DNA from: Dehalococcoidia bacterium
Lineage (GTDB): Bacteria > Chloroflexota > Dehalococcoidia > Lucifugimonadales > UBA3495
Assembly: GCA_965216425.1 (NCBI GenBank)
Contig: CBDCFV010000006.1
Location: forward strand, 857,070-921,069
DNA: 64,000 bases
Direction: 5' to 3'
Program-made: the position numbers and the translations under genes
Shown here: positions 9,397 through 17,854 of the stretch, in pieces
Layout: every line of letters begins with the position of its first letter
Position numbering within the stretch: position 1 is the first letter of the stretch
The notes under the pieces: model-generated
The model's database searches: none
Told to the model about the DNA's origin: nothing
The model's input: only the letters and a program-made list of their open reading frames with translations

Positions 9397-10310
9397 GACA
9401 GAAAACGCCTGCGAAGACGATCATCGATACCGACCCGGGCGTGGACGACACCATCGCCATTTTGATGGCATTGGCGTCTTCATCCATTGAGTTAATCGGG
9501 ATGACCACCGTGGGCGGCAATGTGCCATTGGCCCGTACCACCCGGAACGCACTGGCATTGCTGGAGTATGCGGGACGTTCAGAGATTCCGGTGGCGCGGG
9601 GCAGTTCCCGGCCGGTCAAGGGGCGTTTCAGGTACGCCAAAGGAGTGCATTCAGCCAGCGGAATTACTCGCAAGCTCCCCAACCCCAAGGCCGCACCCAT
9701 TGATGACACCGCCGTGGACTTTCTGGCGGGGCATCTCCATCGGTCCCCGGGCCAGGTCTCCATCATTGCATTGGGGCCTTTGACCAACTTGGCAAGGCTG
9801 ATTCAACGGCATCCGCCTGCATTGGGACTTGTAGAGAAGTTGGTGGTAATGGGAGGAGCGGTCAATTCCGCCGGCAACGTAACCGAACACGCCGAGTTCA
9901 ACTTCTACAGCGATCCGGCGGCGGCCCAATTGGTCCTGTCGTCGGGAGTCCCCTTGACCTTGGTGGACCTGCCGGCCTGCCAGCAGGTAGTGGTGACTCG
10001 AGAGGATGTGGCAAGCCTACGCAGCCGGAACTCGCTTGGAACGTTGGCCGTCAACATGCTGGCAGACTGGTTCCGCCGCGACCCGGCCCGGCAACGGTTC
10101 GTATTCTACGACCCCCTGACCTTGGCGGCAGCCTTGGATCCCGGTGTGATATCGACCCGCAACCTGACACCCATGGTAGAGGCGTCCGACCCGGAGCTAT
10201 GGGGCAAAGCCACCATTGAGGGCGAAACGGGGCCGGTGGCATTGGCTCAGCAAGTAGACACCGCCCGGTTTCACACGCTGTTCAGAGAACTGTTGGAACT
10301 GGAGGACTAA
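9393..10310 (+). CDS. Nucleoside hydrolase (inosine/uridine-preferring, IUNH family)
   Basis: N-terminal IIDTDPGVDDTIAILMAL is the DxDxxxDD Ca-binding fingerprint. The start overlaps the preceding stop by 4 nt. Confidence 0.85.
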   Translation: MRQKTPAKTIIDTDPGVDDTIAILMALASSSIELIGMTTVGGNVPLARTTRNALALLEYAGRSEIPVARGSSRPVKGRFRYAKGVHSASGITRKLPNPKAAPIDDTAVDFLAGHLHRSPGQVSIIALGPLTNLARLIQRHPPALGLVEKLVVMGGAVNSAGNVTEHAEFNFYSDPAAAQLVLSSGVPLTLVDLPACQQVVVTREDVASLRSRNSLGTLAVNMLADWFRRDPARQRFVFYDPLTLAAALDPGVISTRNLTPMVEASDPELWGKATIEGETGPVALAQQVDTARFHTLFRELLELED

Positions 10311-11308
10311 ATTTCCCGGAACTCCGGCTCCGGCTCAACCAAGTAGAACGCGTTGTCCCAAAGTTCGTCCAAGTACTCCTGCTCCGCATCGGTAATGTCC
10401 GGCGTATCCACCGCCGCCGTGTACTCATTCAACTCGTCCATATTGGTGAAGTTGGGCAGCACCGATACGATCTGGGGCTTCTTCAGGCAAAATTGGATGG
10501 CCGACTGTCCCAACGTCCTAGTGTCCTCCAACTCCAGGGAGCGCACCCGGTCAACCTTCTGCATCGCTTCTCTCAGCCACTCAGCGCGGCGGTGGGCCCG
10601 GTGGTCGCTCTCGTCAAAGGTGGGTATCTCGATAAACTCGCCCGTAAGCGTATTCGATGCGTGGGGCACCCTCGAGAGCAGACCAACCTCGTGGTCTCGC
10701 GCGATGGGGAAGAAGTCCTTGGCCGGCTCCTGCTCCAGGATGCTGTAGATGATTTCCAGGCTGTCAACATGCCGGTCCTTCATTGAGGTTTCCCCTTCTT
10801 CGAACCAGCCTATGTCCGGCCCCAGCGCCACCCCGAAGTAGCGTATTTTCCCCTCCGACTGCAACTGCTCCAGCGTCTCGAACAACTCGTCCCGCTCCAG
10901 CGAGTCGACCCGCGGATTATGTACCTGGTACAGGTCGATGTAGTCCGTGTTCAGCCGCCGCAGGCTCTGTTCACAGGCGTACCGCACGAACTCCCGCTCG
11001 AAGTTCTGTTTCCGCTCCTGGTGGCCGATGCGCGGCGTGGGATCGTAGAAGTCGTAACCGAACTTCGTGGCGATGATTATGTCATTCCGGCGATGTCCCA
11101 GCACCTTGGCCAGAATCTCTTCCCCGTACCCCTCACCGTATGTATCCGCCGTGTCGAAGAAGTTCACGCCCAACTCCACGGCATTTTCCAGCAGGGCAGC
11201 CTTGTCCGCCTCCTCTATCCGGCCCCACCAGTTGGTCGCCACAGTCCAGACCCCGAACCCCACTTCCGAAAGGGTCAACTCGGTGCGGGGCATTTGACGA
11301 TATTTCAT
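10307..11308 (-). CDS. Aldo/keto reductase
   Basis: LTLSEVGFGVWTV..., GVNFFDTADTYGEGYGEEILAKVL, YIDLYQVHNP: typical AKR motifs. Confidence 0.85.
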   Translation of the reverse strand: MKYRQMPRTELTLSEVGFGVWTVATNWWGRIEEADKAALLENAVELGVNFFDTADTYGEGYGEEILAKVLGHRRNDIIIATKFGYDFYDPTPRIGHQERKQNFEREFVRYACEQSLRRLNTDYIDLYQVHNPRVDSLERDELFETLEQLQSEGKIRYFGVALGPDIGWFEEGETSMKDRHVDSLEIIYSILEQEPAKDFFPIARDHEVGLLSRVPHASNTLTGEFIEIPTFDESDHRAHRRAEWLREAMQKVDRVRSLELEDTRTLGQSAIQFCLKKPQIVSVLPNFTNMDELNEYTAAVDTPDITDAEQEYLDELWDNAFYLVEPEPEFREI

Positions 11309-11389
11309 AGCATGTTGTCCTCAGATGTTTTCACTCAACCAGCGGCCCAAGGCGACGGCAAGTGGCGCCGCTCGGGATACGACGCCTTA

Positions 11390-11980
11390 TCACCCGGCGG
11401 CTACCGCCAATCCAAGGCTTCCCTTCACCTCGTCCACTCTCCGGCGGAACTCTTCATCGGTGATAACCGGCTCCATGTTGCCCAGCGGCACCTCGACCAA
11501 GTCCTCAACCCAAGAGGTACAACCGCCGTATTCGGGAAGCCACGGGACGGTCACCGGGGTCTCCAGCCGGTAGACCCGGAGCAGCATCACCGACAGGGGG
11601 AGCATTGGCTTCCAGTGAAGCCTGGACTGAGCGTAGGCGGTGGTCCAGATGTAATGCGGCTCCAGGTCGTCCACCTTACCTTGGTCTGACAGCTCCACCG
11701 CCTCTTCCATTCTGGCGAAGTGGGTGAAGGTTATCTCGCCCGGGTCCCTCGGCTGTTCCAACAGCGCTTCCAGCGCGGGCTGGTAGGCAGGCTGCAACAA
11801 CTCGGCCTTCTGGTGCTCATACGTGGGGTACAGCAAAAACTCCGGGTGCAGGAGTCGGAAGTCCTTGCTCGATTCGTGGATTCCGCCCTTGCGCAGCAAC
11901 AGAATCTGCTCACCACGAGCCAGGGCTTGCACGGTGACTGCCCATTCCTTCAAGGCGATGTGGCACTGCTCCAGTTGCAT
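11390..11980 (-). CDS. DUF1802-family protein
   Basis: ALKEWAVTVQALARGEQILLLRKGGIHE, LYPTYEHQK, YGGCTSWV match the remembered DUF1802 pattern. The start is set at the internal ATG 11980 (MQLEQCH...); the track ORF extends to 12088. Confidence 0.5.
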   Translation of the reverse strand: MQLEQCHIALKEWAVTVQALARGEQILLLRKGGIHESSKDFRLLHPEFLLYPTYEHQKAELLQPAYQPALEALLEQPRDPGEITFTHFARMEEAVELSDQGKVDDLEPHYIWTTAYAQSRLHWKPMLPLSVMLLRVYRLETPVTVPWLPEYGGCTSWVEDLVEVPLGNMEPVITDEEFRRRVDEVKGSLGLAVAAG

Positions 11981-12138
11981 AAATGATGCCCTCCCTCTCA
12001 ACAAATGGCCGCCAAGCTTTCGTTTCAGGGCGACGTTTCGAGTCGAATCCGGTGCATCAATGGTAACACCGGCGATGCTTGGCCTCAACGCGGCAGGGCG
12101 GCCAGTCTGCCCCCAATGGCATGTCTCCGCGATCAGCC

Positions 12139-12936
12139 TTAACCCTGCTCTATTAAGCGCTCCAGGCCCAGCAAACGTGTCAAATTGCGGCTGGTGGTCT
12201 GGGCCACTTCGTCCAGGCTGATGCCTTTAATCTCGGCCAACTTCTGGGCAACGGTCTGCACGTGGCGAGGCTCGGTCCAGTTATGACGGTACTTCTTGAA
12301 GGGCTGGGGAGCGGCATCGGTCTCCAGTACTATGTTGTCCAACGGAATGTTCCTGGCCGCTTCCTGCAATTCGGGAAGCCGGAGCAGCGGCCGGGCCAAC
12401 GAAATGAAGAACCCGCAATCGATGGCCTCCCTGGCGGTGGCCTCGTCGGCTTGGAAATAGTGCATCACCCCGCCCATATCCCCGGCCCGCTCTTCCCGCA
12501 AGGTCTGGAACACCTCGGGGTGCGACTCCCGGGAGTGGAAGATGATGGGCAACTTCAACTCCCTGGCCAAGCGTATCTGTTCGCGGAACACTTGGTACTG
12601 GACCTCATGGTCGGGAGAATCGGGCAGGAAGTCCAACCCAACCTCGCTGATGCAGACCACCTTGTCGTGGCCCTCCGCCATACTCTTCAAGTCCGTGTAC
12701 GTCTCTTCGTCGATCGTCTCGCGGGCATTCATCGGGTGAATGCCGACACCGGCGTACAGCATGTCGTACTGACTTGACAGGCCTATGCACTTCCTGGTCG
12801 ATTCCATAGTGGTGCCGGCAACTACGATGAACCTGACTCCGGCGTCCTGTGCACGCTGCAATATGTCCGGCATCTCATCGGGAGGGTAGTCGTCAATGTG
12901 GGTATGACAGTCGGCTAGCAGGGCTTTTTCGGACAT
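12139..12936 (-). CDS. TatD-family metal-dependent hydrolase
   Basis: MSEKALLADCHTHIDD (HxH), IGEVGLDF-like ISEVGLDF, IFHSRES, VLETDAP-like VLETDAAP. Start at internal ATG 12936. Confidence 0.85.
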   Translation of the reverse strand: MSEKALLADCHTHIDDYPPDEMPDILQRAQDAGVRFIVVAGTTMESTRKCIGLSSQYDMLYAGVGIHPMNARETIDEETYTDLKSMAEGHDKVVCISEVGLDFLPDSPDHEVQYQVFREQIRLARELKLPIIFHSRESHPEVFQTLREERAGDMGGVMHYFQADEATAREAIDCGFFISLARPLLRLPELQEAARNIPLDNIVLETDAAPQPFKKYRHNWTEPRHVQTVAQKLAEIKGISLDEVAQTTSRNLTRLLGLERLIEQG

Positions 12937-13125
12937 CACGCCAACTCCCCTGATTCCTGATTTAAGTTGAAGTCCAAACTGCGAGTAGTTCCAGACAGTG
13001 AGATAGACTCGCAAGCCGGTGCATCATGTTAATGACAAGTACGATGAATAGAATAACACTTATTTCACCCGCCATACTACGCCTTGGCCCTGACGCCCAT
13101 CGCCTTTTCATTTTCACCGGTCAGC

Positions 13126-13357
13126 CAAGCTAAGACGCGAGATAGCGCCGGGCCCAAGACGCGGAGACTGCGGCGGGAAGTAGCAGAAATTTCAGACCGC
13201 CGGACATTTGCGGACATTTCCGGACATCCCGCTTTGTGGGCGGGGTTGCTTGTCTGAACCTTATGAACGGTAGGACACTTTGGGTGGACAGGTACTATGT
13301 TAGCAAGGTGTTTCACGAGTTGGAAAGGGGCAGATGTCAGTAGTCGTCCCGGTCGGG
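13126..13357. repeat. Short copy of a mosaic intergenic element also present at 37334-38024
   Basis: 13126-13170 resembles 37334-37378 (..AGCTAAGA.G..AGATA.CGCCGGGCCCAAG..). 13201-13230 holds 3 tandem 10-bp CGGACATTT(G/C) units, versus 4 units at 37691-37730. 13288-13357 resembles 37953-38024 (ACAGGTACTAT.GT.AG...GGGGCA.(A/G)TGTCAGTAG..TCCCGG). The order and orientation are the same at both loci. Confidence 0.75.
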
Positions 13358-13482
13358 AGTCGTTTGAATTGGATGATTAGCGTGATCTGTTGGTAGAAGG
13401 CTGTCCTCAATGCCCGGGGCTGCGACTACTGCGGTAATGAAAAGGCCCGGAAAAGGCCCTGATGCCGCCGCTACGATTATCG

Positions 13483-13511
13483 TTGACACCCACCGTCCCC
13501 GATGCTAGCAT
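13483..13511 (+). promoter_or_regulatory. Candidate suf operon promoter
   Basis: TTGACA (13483-13488), 17-nt spacer, TAGCAT (13506-13511). Located about 105 nt upstream of the sufB ATG. Confidence 0.4.
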
Positions 13512-13512
13512 A

Positions 13513-13537
13513 ATTGTCGACTTGTTCAGTCGACAAT
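13513..13537. promoter_or_regulatory. Perfect 9-bp inverted repeat, candidate repressor operator
   Basis: ATTGTCGAC-N7-GTCGACAAT lies immediately downstream of the putative -10, the geometry expected of a dimeric Fe-S or redox-sensing repressor site. Confidence 0.45.
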
Positions 13538-13616
13538 GTTATCATCTTGCTGGCCCCAGCTATGACAATGGTCGCTGCGGCCCATCGTGCGCCAACCTTG
13601 GTCGGAGGAAGACCGA

Positions 13617-15086
13617 ATGACGGCACCCAGGATCATGTCCCGCACCGCCACCAGTTCCAGTGATCTGGACACTGACTACAAATGGGGCTTCACCATCGAC
13701 ATCGACTCGGACTTGGCCCCAAAGGGGTTGAGCGAAGACATAGTCCGGTTGATCTCTGCCAAAAAAGAAGAACCCGAATGGATGCTGGAATGGCGTCTCA
13801 AGGCCTACCGCCACTGGTCCAAGCAGACCTTTCGGGAGCCCAAGTGGGCCAACGTCAGCTATCCCCAGATAGACTTCCAGGACATTTATTACTACGCCGC
13901 CCCGTCATCCAGGGAGGACGCGCCCAAGAGCCTGGACGAAGTGGACCCGGAGATCGTGGAGGCCTTCAATAAGCTGGGCATTCCGTTGGCCGAGCAGGAA
14001 AAGCTCGCCGGTGTAGCGATTGACGCCGTGCTGGACAGCGTCTCCGTCGCTACCACCTACCAGGAAACGCTGGAGAAAGCCGGGGTAATCTTCTGCTCCA
14101 TGAGCGAAGCCGTCAAGAACCACCCCGACCTGGTGCAAAAGTACCTCGGCTCCGTGGTGCCATTCGGGGACAACTTCTATGCCAGCCTCAACTCGGCTGT
14201 CTTCAGCGACGGATCGTTTGCCTACATCCCCAAAGGCGTCCGTTGCCCCATGGAGTTGATGACCTATTTCCGCATCAATCAAGCGGATTCCGGCCAATTC
14301 GAGCGCACCCTCATCGTCGCCGAAGAGGGCGCCTATGTTAGCTACCTTGAAGGATGCACCGCTCCGGCAAGGAAGACCAATCAGCTCCACGCCGCAGTGG
14401 TGGAGTTGGTCGCCCTTGACGACGCCGAAATAAAATACTCCACCCTGCAGAACTGGTTCCCGGGAGACAAGGAAGGGAAGGGCGGGGTCTACAACTTCGT
14501 CACCAAGAGGGGCAAAGCGGCAGGACGGAACTCCAAAATATCCTGGACCCAAGTTGAGACCGGCTCGGCCATAACTTGGAAGTACCCCAGTGTCATCCTG
14601 CAGGGAGACAACTCGGTGGGGGAGTTCTACTCGGTGGCCTTGGTGAACAACTACCAACAGGCCGATACCGGCACCAAGATGATTCACGTCGGGAAGAACA
14701 CCAAGAGCACCATCGTCGCCAAGGGCATCTCCGCAGGGCAAGGCAACGCCACCTACCGCGGCTTGGTCAAGATGATGCCCACTGCCGACAACGCCAGGAA
14801 TTTCACCCAGTGCGACTCGTTGCTCATCGGCGACAAGTGCGGCGCCCACACGGTGCCCTACATCGAGGTACGTAACCCCACCGCCCAGATGGAACACGAA
14901 GCTTCTACCTCCAAGGTCAGCGACGAGCAGCTTTTCTACTGTCAGCAGCGAGGCATAGGGGTCGAAGACGCCCACTACATGATTATCAACGGCTTCTGCC
15001 GCGGCATCTTCCAGGAATTGCCCTTCGAGTTCGCCATGGAAGCGTCCCAGCTATTGAAGGTCAGCCTTGAAGGCGCGGTGGGCTAA
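13617..15086 (+). CDS. sufB: Fe-S cluster assembly scaffold SufB
   Basis: Strong SufB-like sequence throughout ([53 protein letters not shown]...). The ATG at 13617 has a GGAGGA Shine-Dalgarno 7 nt upstream; the track start GTG 13587 is less likely. Confidence 0.95.
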   Translation: MTAPRIMSRTATSSSDLDTDYKWGFTIDIDSDLAPKGLSEDIVRLISAKKEEPEWMLEWRLKAYRHWSKQTFREPKWANVSYPQIDFQDIYYYAAPSSREDAPKSLDEVDPEIVEAFNKLGIPLAEQEKLAGVAIDAVLDSVSVATTYQETLEKAGVIFCSMSEAVKNHPDLVQKYLGSVVPFGDNFYASLNSAVFSDGSFAYIPKGVRCPMELMTYFRINQADSGQFERTLIVAEEGAYVSYLEGCTAPARKTNQLHAAVVELVALDDAEIKYSTLQNWFPGDKEGKGGVYNFVTKRGKAAGRNSKISWTQVETGSAITWKYPSVILQGDNSVGEFYSVALVNNYQQADTGTKMIHVGKNTKSTIVAKGISAGQGNATYRGLVKMMPTADNARNFTQCDSLLIGDKCGAHTVPYIEVRNPTAQMEHEASTSKVSDEQLFYCQQRGIGVEDAHYMIINGFCRGIFQELPFEFAMEASQLLKVSLEGAVG

Positions 15087-15116
15087 CCGGGGAATTATCG
15101 AACAGGACTATCAGCC

Positions 15117-15329
15117 ATGTTGTGTACCTACCGAGCCAAGGTCGACGAAGACGGATCAATCCGTCTCCTCGAACCAGTCAAGCTAAAAAAGGGCTGCCAG
15201 ATCCTGATCACCATCCTTGACCACGAAACGGTGATTTCCTCAACGGCGCTGCTCAGCGAGGATGCTCTTGATGACTGGCTTCGTATTGAGGAGCGAGAAG
15301 CCTGGGCATATTTGGCAGAAGAGGAATAG
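15117..15329 (+). CDS. Antitoxin-like protein (AF2212/DUF104-like N-terminus) partnered with the following MazF-like gene
   Basis: 70 aa. YRAKVDEDGSIRLLEPVKLKKGCQILITILD plus an acidic C-terminus LSEDALDDWLRIEEREAWAYL, a tail remembered from antitoxins paired with PemK/MazF toxins. Confidence 0.5.
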   Translation: MLCTYRAKVDEDGSIRLLEPVKLKKGCQILITILDHETVISSTALLSEDALDDWLRIEEREAWAYLAEEE

Positions 15330-15655
15330 GAGCAGTAGTCATTGCGAGGTTTCCATTCTCGGACTTGTCGCAGGCAGAGCTCCGTCCTGCTGTTGTTATT
15401 GCCCGTCCAAGCAGAGAGGATTGGCTCCTGTGTCAGGTTACCACCAATCGCTACGCAGATAGCAACGCACTCGAACCTAATACCGACAACTTTGCTTCGG
15501 GAGGGCTGCGCCACACAAGCTATGCTCGTCCGGGCAAGCTATTCACGTCAAATGACAGCCTAATAACCAGAGAAGTGGGTACACTGAGACAATCCATATT
15601 CAACCGCCTGATTGATGCAGTAATAGACCTGCTGAATCAAAGCCGTAGAGCATGA
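15302..15655 (+). CDS. PemK/MazF-family toxin; the 5' end is uncertain because no canonical start codon precedes the conserved N-terminus
   Basis: ..GIGAVVIARFPFSDLSQAELRPAVVIA...WLLCQVTT...GGLRHTSYARPGKLFTSNDSLITREVGTL fits the FPFSD...RPA.V...ITS...GL...S...KL.T pattern. The frame is open from 15290. The first ATG/GTG/TTG is TTG 15365, which would delete the FPFSD strand; CTG 15302 and ATT 15341 are the only upstream options. The TGA (15653-15655) overlaps the sufC ATG. Confidence 0.6.
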   Translation: MGIFGRRGIGAVVIARFPFSDLSQAELRPAVVIARPSREDWLLCQVTTNRYADSNALEPNTDNFASGGLRHTSYARPGKLFTSNDSLITREVGTLRQSIFNRLIDAVIDLLNQSRRA

Positions 15656-16431
15656 TGAATAACAACGAACCAATGCTAGAAGTCCATAACCTCCACGTTA
15701 AGGTGGCCGATGCGGACATACTGAACGGAATTGACTTGTCGGTCGGCCCGGGCGAAGTACACGCCATCATGGGACCCAACGGCTCGGGGAAAAGCACGTT
15801 GGCCAACGTCCTCGCCGGCAAGCCCAACTACGAGGTAACCGGCGGTCAGGTAGTCTATCAAGGCCAGGACCTGCTGGCGATGGAGCCCGAAGAGCGTGCC
15901 CGCGAGGGTGTATTCCTGGCGTTCCAGTACCCTTTGGAGCTTCCCGGCGTCCGCGCTTGGCAGTTCCTCAAGGCGGCGATGGACGCCAAACGCCAGCACA
16001 ACGGAGAGGAAGAGCTGAGCGCCCGTGACTTCGACCGGATGCTCCGGGACAAAATCAAGATGGTCGAAATTGACCCGGACCTGGCCCGTCGCACCGTCAA
16101 CGAAGGGTTCTCCGGCGGCGAGAAGAAGCGCAACGAAATTCTGCAAATGGCTATGCTGGAGCCTAAGCTCTCCATCCTGGACGAGACCGACTCCGGCCTC
16201 GACATCGACGCATTGCGAATCGTCGCCGACGGCGTCAACAAGCTGCGCAGCGACTCCAACGCCATGGTCTTGGTGACCCATTATCAGCGGATGCTGAACT
16301 ACATCACTCCCGACTACGTCCATGTCCTGATGGACGGGCGAATCGTGCGCTCCGGCGGCCCTGAACTGGCCCATGAACTGGAAGAGAAGGGCTACGACTG
16401 GATTAAAGAAGCCATCGACGCCGGCGTGTAA
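15652..16431 (+). CDS. sufC: Fe-S cluster assembly ATPase SufC
   Basis: Walker A GPNGSGKSTL, signature FSGGEKKRNEILQ, Walker B LSILDETDSGLD. Confidence 0.95.
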   Translation: MMNNNEPMLEVHNLHVKVADADILNGIDLSVGPGEVHAIMGPNGSGKSTLANVLAGKPNYEVTGGQVVYQGQDLLAMEPEERAREGVFLAFQYPLELPGVRAWQFLKAAMDAKRQHNGEEELSARDFDRMLRDKIKMVEIDPDLARRTVNEGFSGGEKKRNEILQMAMLEPKLSILDETDSGLDIDALRIVADGVNKLRSDSNAMVLVTHYQRMLNYITPDYVHVLMDGRIVRSGGPELAHELEEKGYDWIKEAIDAGV

Positions 16432-16501
16432 TTCCTGATTTCGAAGGGTGCTGATCTACGTCAGCGCAGGCAAGCTGAAGTTCTTCACGCAAAAGTAACT
16501 T

Positions 16502-17854
16502 ATGACTCAAACAGCTATCAGACTGGACAACTACCGGGAAGGATTCGAAGCCTTGGAGCAACGGGCGGGCGTCGGCCAGCCGGAATGGCTCCGGCTTCTT
16601 CGCGCTCAGGCTTGGAACAAGTTCAATGAACTGGGCTTCCCCACGGCCCGCCGCGGCAACGAAAGGTGGAAGTACACCAGCGTGCGCCCGTTGGCAGTGG
16701 CCGGTTTCGAAAGCCCGGACCACGATCTCTCACTGGCTGACTCCCAAGCAGTGCGAGGCGTTGCTCCCTGGAATGACGGTTGGCACAACATCGTTTTTCT
16801 GGACGGCCGGTACTCGGAGACGCTTTCAGCAAAGCCGAGTGACAGCGCCGGCATCACGGTAACCAACCTGGCACAGGCCATCGCCTCCAACGCAGCAGGT
16901 CTTGAAAATAACCTGGGCAAACACGCCGGTTTTGATGACGACGCCTTCACTGCCTTGAACACCGCTTTCCTAGAAGACGGGGCGTTAGTCCAAGTGGATG
17001 CCAATTGCCAGTCCACGGCGCCGGTGCACTTCATTTTTATAACCACGAATCAGCATCGTCAAACCGTCTCCCACCCAAGGGTCCTGGTTATCGCCGGCGC
17101 CAACTCCAGTGTGACCATAACGGAAACTTATGCCACTCTGTCCGAGTCACGTTATTTCACCAACGCCGTGACCGAATTTATTCTCGAAGAAGGGGCCCGG
17201 ATAGACCACTACAGGCTCCTCCTCGAAAGCTCCAAGGCGTTCCACGTTGGCGTCAGCCGTGCTGTCCAAGGCAGGGACAGTACTTTCAGGTCTACGTCCT
17301 TCGCCAAGGGTGCGGCCATGGCAAGGCAAGACTTCCAAGTATTGCAGGACGCCCCAGGTGCATTCTGCTCCCTGAACGGCCTGTACTTGACCACTGGGGA
17401 ACAACATATAGACAACCTGATTAACATCGACCACGCCCAGCCTAACACCACCAGCCGTTTGTTTTACAAAGGCATTCTTGACGGCAAGTCCAAGGCTGTG
17501 TTCGGTGGCGAAGTGCTGGTGCGGAAGGACGCTCAGAAGGCCGACGCCCGCCAGACCGACAAGAACCTGCTGTTGTCCCGAGAGGCCGAAGTGGACAGCA
17601 AGCCCAGCCTTCTCATTTACGCCGATGACGTTCAGTGCACCCACGGCGCAACGGCAGGGCACATTGACGAAGACACCCTCTTCTACATGCAAAGCAGAGG
17701 ACTGGACAAGGAAACGGCCGGCCAGATTCTGATTCACGCCTTCGCCAACGAAATCATTGAAACGGTGCAGGTTGAACCATTGAGGGACTATTTGGACCAG
17801 CTATTCATGGCAGCAATACCGACCAAAGGTCTTCAATTTGGGAGCGCAGCATGA
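16502..17854 (+). CDS. sufD: Fe-S cluster assembly protein SufD
   Basis: 450 aa between sufC and sufS. The C-terminal SufB/D beta-helix region (..TSRLFYKGILDGKSKAVFGGEVLVRKDAQKADARQTDKNLLLS..AEVDSKPSLLIYADDVQCTHGAT.G) is typical. Confidence 0.9.
   Translation: MTQTAIRLDNYREGFEALEQRAGVGQPEWLRLLRAQAWNKFNELGFPTARRGNERWKYTSVRPLAVAGFESPDHDLSLADSQAVRGVAPWNDGWHNIVFLDGRYSETLSAKPSDSAGITVTNLAQAIASNAAGLENNLGKHAGFDDDAFTALNTAFLEDGALVQVDANCQSTAPVHFIFITTNQHRQTVSHPRVLVIAGANSSVTITETYATLSESRYFTNAVTEFILEEGARIDHYRLLLESSKAFHVGVSRAVQGRDSTFRSTSFAKGAAMARQDFQVLQDAPGAFCSLNGLYLTTGEQHIDNLINIDHAQPNTTSRLFYKGILDGKSKAVFGGEVLVRKDAQKADARQTDKNLLLSREAEVDSKPSLLIYADDVQCTHGATAGHIDEDTLFYMQSRGLDKETAGQILIHAFANEIIETVQVEPLRDYLDQLFMAAIPTKGLQFGSAA

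Noticed and set aside
13077-13316. 79-aa minus-strand ORF, and the analogous 78-aa ORF at 37338-37574, as real protein genes.
   Set aside because: The 13-kb ORF is translated straight through the 10-bp tandem repeats. The two ORFs share DNA similarity only in short patches and in different frames. They are better explained as repeat-derived open frames, although a small decayed gene at 37338-37642 cannot be excluded (see findings).
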